Made by a program: the position numbers and the translations under genes | From: an uncultured Chlamydiales bacterium | GTDB lineage: Bacteria > Chlamydiota > Chlamydiia > Chlamydiales > Rhabdochlamydiaceae | Reading direction: 5' to 3' | NCBI GenBank assembly: GCA_963700985.1 | Contig: OY969554.1 | Coordinates: 800,001-864,000, forward strand | Length of the DNA stretch: 64,000 nucleotides | The notes under the pieces: model-generated | The model's input: only the letters and a program-made list of their open reading frames with translations | Databases searched by the model: none | Told to the model about the DNA's origin: nothing | Shown: piece by piece, positions 1-9,800 of the stretch | Layout: the number at the start of each line of letters is the position of its first letter | Numbering within the stretch: the stretch's first letter is position 1

Positions 1-38
1 TATCTTCTCAACTCTCAATCATCAGGGAGATACAATAA

Positions 39-308
39 ATGTCTTTAGACAAAGGTACCAAAGAAGAAATCACCAAGAAGTTCCAACTCCATGAGAAGGA
101 TACTGGCTCGGCTGACGTTCAGATCGCTATTCTGACCGAAAGAATCGCTGAATTAACGGACCACCTCAAGTTGGCTCCAAAAGACCACAGTTCGCGTCTT
201 GCCCTGTTAAAACTCGTTGGGCAGCGAAGAAAATTGTTGGATTACCTCAATTCGACAGATACAAAGCGCTATCAAACTTTGATTGTGCGCCTAAATCTCA
301 GAAAGTAA
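39..308 (+). CDS. rpsO: 30S ribosomal protein S15
   Basis: 89 aa; [13 protein letters not shown]...[21 protein letters not shown] motif; lies upstream of pnp. Confidence 0.98.
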   Translation: MSLDKGTKEEITKKFQLHEKDTGSADVQIAILTERIAELTDHLKLAPKDHSSRLALLKLVGQRRKLLDYLNSTDTKRYQTLIVRLNLRK

Positions 309-355
309 GTAGGAATAATTTTTCTTTCCGCTGTTTTCCCCTTCATGCTATGTTT

Positions 356-392
356 ATGCTCCCTTTGTTTTCAGAGGGAGCATTGCTTTTTT
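356..392 (+). terminator. Intrinsic terminator after rpsO
   Basis: ATGCTCCCT...AGGGAGCAT stem followed by a T-run. Confidence 0.7.
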
Positions 393-397
393 AACCC

Positions 398-462
398 GAG
401 GATGAAAGGTCCACTTTTGCTTAATAAAATATTTATATTGCAAAAGTGGTCAGTTCATCCTC
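398..462 (+). promoter_or_regulatory. Long stem-loop in pnp leader (candidate RNase III site)
   Basis: GAGGATGAA/TTCATCCTC (9 bp) and CCACTTTTGC/GCAAAAGTGG (10 bp) arms separated by a 4x4 internal loop. Confidence 0.55.
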
Positions 463-494
463 AAAATATTCTTTTTTTTAAGGAGAACCCCTAA

Positions 495-2624
495 ATGTTT
501 ACTAAACATCATTCAAAAACAATTTCGATTGCAGGCAAAGACCTCACCTTTGAAACAGGCAAAATCGCAAGACAAGCCAACGGTGCAGTAACTCTTCGCG
601 CTGGCGATACTGTTCTATTAGCCACAGCTTGTGCTTCTCCAAAAGCATCAGCTGACATCGACTTTTTCCCTCTACGTGTGGATTATCAGGAAAAATTTTC
701 TGCCGCAGGTAAATCTCTCGGTGGATTTCTCAAACGCGAAGGCCGCCCTTCTGAGCGCGAGATCCTCACCTGCCGTTTAATCGACCGTCCTCTAAGACCT
801 ATGTTCGTCGATGGCTATTATAACGAAGTACAAATCCTGGCTTACGTGCTTTCTTATGACAGTGCGCACACACCAGAGCCTCTTGCCATCTGTGCAGCTT
901 CGGCCGCACTCGTTATCTCTGATATCCCCCTAATTAAGCCTATTGGTGCAGTGCGTGTGGGTCTTATCGACGATAATTTTATCATCAACCCAACACTCGA
1001 AGAGCAAAAGCGTTCAAAACTGGACCTGCTTTTAGCTGGTACTGACGATGCGATCCTCATGATTGAGGGATATGCTGACTTCCTCTCTGAAGAACAATTC
1101 CTGGATGCTATTGAAGAAGGCCATCAGGCTATTCAGAAAATATGCGAAGGTCTATCCGACTGGCAAAAAGAGATCGGCAAGCCTAAGCAAATGGGAGAAC
1201 TCCGCGTTGCTTCAAAAGAGCTCGAAAAAGAGATCGACCAGAGAGCTGCTAGCACGCTAATGGAAGCTTTCAAAATTAAAGACAAAATGGAACGTGACGA
1301 CAAGATCAGCGAACTTAAAGAAACTATTTTGGCTGCTCTTATGCCTGAAGGTGAAGAGCCGAAATATTCTAAAGTCGATATCATGATGTCTTTTAAAAAA
1401 ATTCACGCTCACTACCTCAGACACAAAATTGTTAAAGAGAATCGCCGTAGCGACGGAAGAACTTGCGAAGATATCCGCCAAATCAACGTTGAAACAGGCA
1501 TTTTGCCTCGCACACACGGTAGCGCCCTCTTCACTCGCGGAGAGACACAGGCTTTAGCTGTAGCAACTTTAGGCGGCGAAAGCATGGGCCAACGCTTTGA
1601 AACACTTGAAGGCGAAAGCGCTCACCGTTTCTACTTGCAATACTCTTTCCCTCCTTTCTCAGTAGGTGAAGTCGGCCGCATTGGTTCTGCCGGAAGAAGA
1701 GAAATTGGACACGGCAAACTAGCCGAGCGCGCACTGTATATGACAGTGCCAAGACACGAGAGCTTCCCTTATGTTATTCGTTTAGAATCTAACATCACAG
1801 AGTCTAACGGCTCTTCATCAATGGCTTCTGTTTGCGGATGCTGTCTTGCGCTGATGGATGCAGGCATTCCAATCCAGCGCCCGATTGCAGGGATTGCGAT
1901 GGGTCTGATTCTTGAAGAAGATGGCAAATTTGCGATTCTTTCTGACATTCTCGGGGAAGAAGACTTCCTCGGCGACATGGACTTCAAAATCGCCGGCGAT
2001 GCGCGTGGTATTACTGCTTTCCAACTCGATATCAAAATCGAAGGGATTAATAAGCAGATCATGAAAGCTGCAGTAGCTCAAGCTAAACAAGGCTTGGTAC
2101 ATATCCTGCAAAAGATGTTGGAAGTCTGCCCTAAATCGAAAGAGCATCTTTCAAACTACGCTCCACATATCGAAACCGTTCAAATCAAACCGAGCAAAAT
2201 CGGGATTGTGATTGGACCAGGTGGTAAGCAGATCCGTGCCATTGTTGAAGAAACAGGCGCAGAGATCGACATCAACGATAGCGGACTGGTTAGCATCACA
2301 GCCACCTCTAAAGAATCGATGGAAAAAGCTAAGAAGATCGTGCACGACCTCACAGCAGATGTTGAGATCGGCAAGACCTACACAGGCCGCGTCGTATCCG
2401 TGGTTGAATTTGGATGCTTCGTCGAAATCTTCCCAGGCAAGGAAGGACTTTGCCACATCTCTGAACTCGCACATGCACGCGTCCAAAACGTACGCGATAT
2501 CTGCAAAGAGGGCGACATGATGGAAGTGAAAGTTCTCGACGTTAACGACCGTGGACAGATCAAGCTCAGCCGCAAAGCTCTGCTTCCTCCCCCTGCTCGT
2601 CAAGAAGCTCCCGCCCAAAAGTAA
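495..2624 (+). CDS. pnp: Polyribonucleotide nucleotidyltransferase (PNPase)
   Basis: [35 protein letters not shown] motifs; C-terminal KH and S1 domains. Confidence 0.98.
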   Translation: MFTKHHSKTISIAGKDLTFETGKIARQANGAVTLRAGDTVLLATACASPKASADIDFFPLRVDYQEKFSAAGKSLGGFLKREGRPSEREILTCRLIDRPLRPMFVDGYYNEVQILAYVLSYDSAHTPEPLAICAASAALVISDIPLIKPIGAVRVGLIDDNFIINPTLEEQKRSKLDLLLAGTDDAILMIEGYADFLSEEQFLDAIEEGHQAIQKICEGLSDWQKEIGKPKQMGELRVASKELEKEIDQRAASTLMEAFKIKDKMERDDKISELKETILAALMPEGEEPKYSKVDIMMSFKKIHAHYLRHKIVKENRRSDGRTCEDIRQINVETGILPRTHGSALFTRGETQALAVATLGGESMGQRFETLEGESAHRFYLQYSFPPFSVGEVGRIGSAGRREIGHGKLAERALYMTVPRHESFPYVIRLESNITESNGSSSMASVCGCCLALMDAGIPIQRPIAGIAMGLILEEDGKFAILSDILGEEDFLGDMDFKIAGDARGITAFQLDIKIEGINKQIMKAAVAQAKQGLVHILQKMLEVCPKSKEHLSNYAPHIETVQIKPSKIGIVIGPGGKQIRAIVEETGAEIDINDSGLVSITATSKESMEKAKKIVHDLTADVEIGKTYTGRVVSVVEFGCFVEIFPGKEGLCHISELAHARVQNVRDICKEGDMMEVKVLDVNDRGQIKLSRKALLPPPARQEAPAQK

Positions 2625-2645
2625 ACTCCCAAGTTACTCATAATC

Positions 2646-2683
2646 AAAAAGACTTCTTCCTTCGGGAAGAAGTCTTTTTTTTT
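2646..2683 (+). terminator. pnp intrinsic terminator
   Basis: AAAAAGACTTCTTCC-TTCG-GGAAGAAGTCTTTTT perfect stem with UUCG loop and T-tract. Confidence 0.9.
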
Positions 2684-2715
2684 GCATCATCATAACATCT
2701 TTTTTATCACTTACC

Positions 2716-2958
2716 CTATAGACATGTCGGGTGACTAAAGTCCCCCGCGACCCCTTGAGCTGTTCATGCTTTGATCAACATTCGCTTCGCTCATTATTGC
2801 GTCCTCGTCGCTGCGTCGTGACAAAGCACTGCCTCGCTCCTGCGGTGCAATTGCTCTTTGCCTGAAACAGCCTCGGGCTGCAACGAGCACTCCTTCCCCA
2901 AACCTACGGTTCGTGGCCCCTTCCATGTCGCGTTGCAGTATCAACTTACTAATTTTTA
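2716..2958 (+). repeat. Structured repeat R1 (CTATAGACATGTCGGG-ended family), inverted relative to R2 and R3
   Basis: First 39 bp are the exact reverse complement of 12533-12571; similarity continues for about 220 bp. Confidence 0.9.
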
Positions 2959-2970
2959 CACGAATGTATT

Positions 2971-3032
2971 TGCTCTCTTAAAAATAAATGAATGGTACTG
3001 CGAAGCGATTGGGGAAGAGCGCTAGTTGAAGC
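2971..3032 (-). repeat. Partial repeat R2' (internally deleted copy of 3408-3495)
   Basis: TGCTCTCTTAAAAATAAAT..ATGGTACTGCGA|AGCGATTGGGGAAGAGCGC; lacks the 26 nt between two GCGA microhomologies. Confidence 0.85.
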
Positions 3033-3098
3033 TGGAAGTAAATAACTCCAATTTACTTCATTGCAAAGAAGCCCTTGCCATCCATATCATTGGGTAAT

Positions 3099-3368
3099 AT
3101 GGGTATTTCGGTTCTAAAAACAGATGAACGAGTAGAGACAGTCTACTTCACTAGAGATTCATTAGTTGTCGATCTCAGGGATGGTCGCACTATCTCTGTT
3201 CCTTTAACTTGGTATCCCAAGTTGCTAAAAGCAGCTCAAAAACAAAGATCGAACTGGGAAATCTGCGGTGGTGGATACGGAATCCATTGGCCAGAAATTG
3301 ATGAAGATTTAAGCACCGAAGGACTATTGCGAGGATCTCCGGCTCCAAAAGTAAAAGTTCGATTGTAG
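3099..3368 (+). CDS. DUF2442-family putative antitoxin (orphan)
   Basis: LVVDLRDGRTISVPLTWYPKL...GYGIHWPEIDEDLSTEGLL; start placed at ATG 3099 (MGISVLKTDERV). Confidence 0.85.
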   Translation: MGISVLKTDERVETVYFTRDSLVVDLRDGRTISVPLTWYPKLLKAAQKQRSNWEICGGGYGIHWPEIDEDLSTEGLLRGSPAPKVKVRL

Positions 3369-3407
3369 AGACGCTTTTCTAACAATGTAATGCCATATAA
3401 ACTCATA

Positions 3408-3759
3408 TGCTCTCTTAAAAATAAATAGATGGTACTGCGACGGGACGCGGAAGGGGTCCCCAGCGAAGCGATTGGGGAAGAGCGCCAGTTGCAGCCCGCG
3501 GCTGTTTCAGGCAAAGAGCAATTGCACCGCAGGAGAGCCCGGTAGGGCGTGCGGGCTGTTGAAGACATGAAAAGGTCCAGTGGACCTTTGTAATGCGAAA
3601 CAGGTGAGCAGAGCGAACCGGGCCCGGAGGGGTACTGTGTACACCCCGCCTTCGAGGACGCAATAATGAGCGAAGCGAATGCTGATCAAAGCATGAACAG
3701 CTCAAAGGGCCAGCAGGGGGCACGGACACATTTGTGCCGTGTCCCCGACATGTCTATAG
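3408..3759 (-). repeat. Structured repeat R2 (long variant with extra hairpin module)
   Basis: Same orientation and core as 12347-12571; ends CCCGACATGTCTATAG; 117-nt module at 3536-3652. Confidence 0.88.
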
Positions 3760-3782
3760 ACCAAAGAAAAAAATAAAAACGG

Positions 3783-3810
3783 AGAGGGTATTGAAAAACA
3801 CCCTCTCTTA
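3783..3810 (-). terminator. Terminator of the autotransporter gene
   Basis: AGAGGGTATT-GAAA-AACACCCTCT stem with an A-run on its left (U-tail on the minus strand); near copy of the ftsH terminator. Confidence 0.7.
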
Positions 3811-3822
3811 TTTAAGAAGTGA

Positions 3823-6800
3823 TTAGAAGCGGTAGGAGAACTCGACGCCGGCGTTGTGGTCGGTGAAATGCTTGCCAAATTCGCCGTCGTAGAAGAGCGA
3901 CCAGATGAGCTTGTCATCCATGTGATAGCCAGTTAAAGCTGCGCCTGGGCTAAAGAGGCTGCGATTTGGTTTCATGCCTGAGACGGTAAAGGGAACATCG
4001 GTTCCGACAAACTCGGCTGTGTAATGTTTACCTTGGAAGCGAATTTCTCTTACCCAGCTGAACTTCACGTCAGGCACAAATTTCCAGGTCTTACGAGTAA
4101 AGCATCTTGCAAATCCTAATCCCAGCTCATTTCTGAGCATTTTAGATTCTTTAGAGCCCACATGCAGATCTAATGATTGCGCGCCTTTTTCGGTGAAGCT
4201 ATTTTCATGCAAGTAGATGTAATCGACTTGATCAAAGGGTCGGATTTCAATCCCTCCCAAGTTAAATAAGAAGCCTGCGCCGAGATCTGCATCGACTTCA
4301 AAACCATCGTGGGTATTTCTAGCTGTGCGATCAAAGATGGGCGAAACGAGCTTACGTGAAGCTTCATAAGAGTTATAGGCACCTAACACCGCGGTGTTAA
4401 CGTAGAAGTAATCGTTAAAATAGCCTCCGTATGCTCCACCGTAATAACTATCGATATCGCCATGCGCTCTCGATACGCTCCAGCGTACGTCGGTATGTGT
4501 GTAACTCAAGGCTGTTCCAAAGAAGAAGTTAGAGAAACAACCGAAATCCATTCCAAGAACGGCACCGCCTGATCTTGTATGGAAACCGCTTTGTCCTTGA
4601 ATACCATCTTCTGCTGAATAATCGCCGATGCCGGTTGCCCAGAGGTCTACTTTATCTTCCGGACTGCAATATTTGATGCAATCGGCGAGATAGAACTCAT
4701 CCATGCGATGCGAGATAGCTTCTCTCACTCTAGTTGTGATGTTTTCTTGAGCCAGAGCTAACCCTTTAAATATCGAAGGTTGCATCTGATTTAAAGCAGC
4801 TTTAATCTCAAGCAGAGGAAGGAAGCGAAGCTCTGCCTCGATGTTGCCTAAGTCTGTTCCAGCGGCTGGATTAATTTCATCGAGCGCCACCGCAACAGCT
4901 TGAGGATTACCCGTAAACCCTAACTCTGCCAAATCCACTTTAGTGACTGAGCCAAAGAGTAGATCGTCAGGCGTATAGATCAAAGTTGCTTTGAAGGTTG
5001 GGAATGTATCGACGACGTTCGTAAAGGTTCCAGTCAACCCACCAAGTGTGTCAATAATGGTGAAGGAAACATTTTTTGGGTAAGAGCCAGGTGTGGGTGT
5101 AATCTCAATCGTGGTATTATTCTCGATAGTGGCGGTTCCCGAGATTATAATTTCGTCCGAAGCCGTTGGGCTAACCTCAATTAAAAGTGTCGAACCCGAA
5201 CCTTGGGTGTAATTTCCATCAATATTTATCGTGCCGATAGAATTACCAGGTGACATCACACCACCGTTTCCTATCGTGACGTCTCCGACAATCGTGCCAG
5301 TTCCACCTAGAGTTCCAGTTCTGCCAAAACCTCCAACTACAGAGACCGGGCTAGTCAGTGTGTTATTTACAAGCAGCGTAGATTGGACATTGGTTTGTGC
5401 TTGTGTAACGCTTCCTGGGAGTGCAAGGGTAAGGCTTGCGGGATTAAGGCCCCCTCCACTTTGTATGTTTAAAGTACCGCTTCCCGTAATTGTTCCCGTA
5501 TATGTGCCGGACGAATGCTGAGTAAAGTTTAAGACGTTGGTGTTCGATACCAAGCTTGTGCTTGGTAAGCTAGAGGTGTCTACAGTTAAAGTTGAAGAGT
5601 TGGTGGTAGGTCCTGAATAGGTATTTGTTCCACCAACAAGATTGAGAGAGCCCGCGTCGGTCACTGTTAATCCGCCGCTTCCTCCGGTAATATTGCCTGA
5701 GAAAGTTCCGAAGCCTGAAGCATCGATGTTTAAGATGTTATTGCCCAGTACAACAGCTGAACCGTTCACGCCATTTAGATTACCGATGGAAGGACCTCCA
5801 ATCACTGTGCTTGCGCTAATATCTAATGTGCCGCTGCCGGTGTCTGCTGTGATATCCGAAGAGATCAAATTGCCATTCCCCGAAAGAGCTAGCGTTCCTG
5901 AATTAATCGTTGTTGAGCCATAGTTGTTAGCAGCTTCAAGTGTAAGCGTATTTGGTCCTATTAAAGTCAGGCCGCCACTCCCTGTAATCGCTGTTGAGAC
6001 TGTGAAGTCAGATTCCACATCGATAGTTGAAGCAGAAGTCAAGGTGATTGTACGTCCTGTTGTTACTGGATTAGTTGCCACCTGAAGAGTTCCACCAGCA
6101 AGTGTGAGGGGATTGGCTGTTAAGCCGAGGTTATTATCTGCGGAGATGCTGATTACCCCAGCATTGATGCTTGTTCCACCTGTATAGGTATTGCTTCCAC
6201 CAAGAGTTAGCGTTCCTGTTCCTTGCATAGTAAGAGATCCGCCTGTGCTGCTTATCACTCCAGAAAAAGTGGTGCTATCGGATGTGCCAACAGTGAGATC
6301 AGTTGGTCCCAATACTAGCAGACCTCCCGAAACTCCCGACAGATCACCGATCGTTTGAGGTGCGCCAGCATTTGTGAGGTCAAGCTTAGCTCCAGAGGCT
6401 GTGATGTTCACGCTGCCAGTAGAAGGGAAAGCCGTGCTTGAGTTGATCTGCAGCGTACCTGCGTTAATATTTGCGCCAGTGAAAGTGTTTGTTCCAGAAA
6501 AGATAGCGATGCCGCTGCCTTGCTTGGTGATCCCAGCTGTGCTGGTTAGATTTCCAGCAAAGGTTGTAGAAGTAGTAGCTGTACCGAAGGTTAGGGCATT
6601 TGCACCCATGGTGAGAAGAGCGCCAGAAACTCCCGAAAGATCGCCGATAGTTTGTGCTGAGCTGCTATTACTGAAATCAAGCGTAGCCCCAGAAGCAGAG
6701 ATATTCGCACTAGCTGTAGAGGGGAAAGCCGTGCTCGCATTGATCTGCAAAGTACCTGCAGAAATGTTTGCACCAGTGAAAGTATTTGTTCCAGAAAAGA

Positions 6801-9800
6801 TGGCGATGCCACTACCTTGCTTGGTGATTCCACCTGTGGCCGTGCTGCTGATATTTCCAGCAAAAGTAGTCGTTGCAGTGGCTGTACCGAAGGTCAGAGC
6901 GTTCGCCCCCATGGTGAGAAGACTGCCAGAAACTCCCGAAAGATCGCCAATGGTTTGTGCTGAGCTGCTATTGCTAAAGTCGAGCTTAGCTCCAGAAGCG
7001 GAGATATTTGCATTAGCTGTAGAGGGGAAAGCCGTGCTCGCATTGATCTGCAGCGTACCTACGTTAATAGTTGCGCCAGCGAAGCTATTTGTTCCAGATA
7101 AGATAGCAGTGCCCGTACCTTGTTTTGTAATCCCTCCCGAACCACTTATGTTTCCTGCAAAGGTTACAGGGGTAGTAGCTGTCCCGAAGGTCAGGGTATT
7201 TGTTCCTAGAGTAACAGATGTGCCTGAAACACCTGTTAAATCGCCTATTACAACTCCCCCAACAACACTGCTCCCGGAGATATCAAAGGTCGAAGTGCCA
7301 GATAAAGATACAGGAGCAGTAGAAGCAAGTGTGCCTCCTACAGAAAGAGCCAGGGTAGAAGAACCATTAAGGTTTGTACCACCAGCGTAGCTATTAGTTC
7401 CTGTTAAGATTAATTTATTGGAGCCAAAGATATTTAATACCCCACCTGTGCCAGAAATCGCTCCTGCGTAGGTATCTGTGGCTGTGGGTGTAATTAACAA
7501 TGGTACGCTTCCAAGTCTTACAAAAGTTCCAGAGGCGCCATTTAAATCGGTAATAGATGCTGAGCCACCAGTATAAGCGCTGACATCAAAGGCGGAAGTT
7601 CCATTCAAATCTAGAGGACCTGAAAAAACGGCTGAAGCTCCAGAAAGCGCAAATGTTGCGGAATTGTTAAGGGTTGCTCCAATGCCAGAACCAACACTAC
7701 CAGTCAATAAGGTCTCTCCAGTTCCACCGATTACGAGTGCCGCCCCAGTAGATCCAGAAATTGTGCCGGCAACTGTGTTTGTTGAACTGGTTTGTATGTT
7801 GAGGGTATTTGTCCCTAAAGAGACTTGGCTGCTTGCCACGCTACTCAAATTGCCGATGGTGGGGCCATCTGTTACAGTACTGCCTGTAATATCAAAAATA
7901 GACGTGGAAGAGTTTACGCTTACAGGGCTTGGTGTTGCGCCACCATTTAAATTACCCGCACCAGTTAGGGCGAGCTCGCCACCATTGATTGTAGTAGTAC
8001 CAGTGTAAGCATTCACGTTGCTAAAACTGATGGTGCCTGTGTTTTGCTTTGTAAAACCACCTGTACCGCTCATGACGCCGGCAAAAGTTGTCGAGTTTGT
8101 GGTACCAGCGGTAAGCGTATTAGCTCCCAAGGTAACAATAGAGCCCGAAGCACCGGTTAAATCGCCAATAACAGGGCTTCCAGTGCTTGCGGAGATATCG
8201 AAGGTACCATTTAAAGTCACAGCTCCTGTAGAGGCAAGTGCCCCGCCTGCTGAAAGGGCAACTGTTGCATTGACTGTCGTTCCACCTGTATAAGTATTAA
8301 CGCCTGTCAGAATGGTTTTACCCGATCCAGTTACAGTCAGTGAAGCGGTGTTTGAAGTGCCGGAAATTACCCCTGCAAAAGTATTAGTTGAACTCGTTTG
8401 TACATTAAGGTTATTCGCGCCTAACGTTACGCTGCTGTTCGCTACCCCGCTTAAGTCACCGATGGTAGGCCCGCCACTAACAGTGTCTGTTGAAATATCA
8501 AAAACAGAGGTGGAAGAGTTTACACTTACAGGACTGGGCGCAGTACCGCCATTTAAACTACCTGCACCAGTTAGAGAGAGCTGGCCACCATTGATTGTGG
8601 TCGTACCAGAGTAACCATTCTGATTGCTAAAAGTGATCGTGCCTGTGTTTTGTTTTGTAAAACCACCCGTACCGTTTATTACGCCAGAAAAGGTGGTTGA
8701 ATTTGCAGTTCCTGCAGTCAGCGTATTGGCTCCTAAGGTAATGATACCCGCGCCAGAGAGATCTCCTACTGTGGGTGCGCCATTATATACGGAGAAGTTC
8801 GTTGTTGTTCCTGTGCCTACAGTTAAGTTGCTTCCCGAAGGGAGGTTACCAGTACTAAGAAAGTTTAAAGTTCCGTTGGTGACTAATGTTCCTCCGGTAT
8901 AGTTATTGGCTGAGCTGCCTAGAGTCAAGGTGCCAATCCCACTTTGAGTCAAAGATCCAGCGCCAGTGATCGGATTAGATAGGGTATGGGTATCTCCGCC
9001 TGCTTGCTGAGCAAATATTCCACCACCTGTTCCTAAAGTGACATTGCGGGCAGAGGTAGTCGTGGCAGCGGTTGTAAGCAGAGTGGATCCATTTTGAATC
9101 GTGAGGGGTGCCCCGGCTGACCCTAAACTCCCATCGCCTGCGATAGATAAGGTTCCTGTGGTTGTGGCTGTACCAATGGTTGTGCCGCCTGAATAGGTAT
9201 TAGAAGTGTTCGTGAGGCTTAGAGTCCCAGGACCGCTTTGGACAAGAAGTCCGCTAGTTGTCGCATTGGCAATAAGGCCGCTGATGGTGTGAGTTACAGC
9301 TGATGACGCCTGGGAGAATGAGCCGCCCCCGCCAGTATTAATACCTAAAGTGAAATTGCGAGAGGAGGATGTTGTTGCCTGAGCATTCAGTGTAGCTCCG
9401 CCGGTAATTGCGACAGCTCCTAAGCCCAAGCTGCTATCGGCGCCGATCGATAGAGTTCCTCCGGTAATTGAGGTCCCGCCAGAATAGATGTTAGGTGTAG
9501 AAAAGGAGGTATTCGTGAGGCTCAAAATACCAGGACCGCTTTGCGTAAGAGAGCCGGGTGTGGAAGCATCGGAAATTATGCCACTGAGCGTATGCGTAAT
9601 GGCTGATGATGATTGGGAAAATACGCCGCCTCCACCAGTGCTTGGTCCTAAATCTATAGGGCGAGCAGATAACGTAGTGCTGGCTGCATTCACAGCTGCC
9701 CCATTGTTAATCGTAAGGGGTCCCCCTACTGCACCTAAAGGATCTAGCGAACTTGTGCCTGTGATTGACAGTGTCCCTGCATTGACGGTCGTTCCGCCTG

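Noticed and set aside
2735-2944. ORFs 2735-2944, 3415-3729, 12311-12571 and 12328-12519 with shared peptides
   Set aside because: They are translations of the R1-R3 repeat, with no RBS or protein-like features
2716-3759. Possible CRISPR array or attC integron
   Set aside because: No regularly spaced short repeats with unique spacers, no cas or intI gene, and no clear attC core sites
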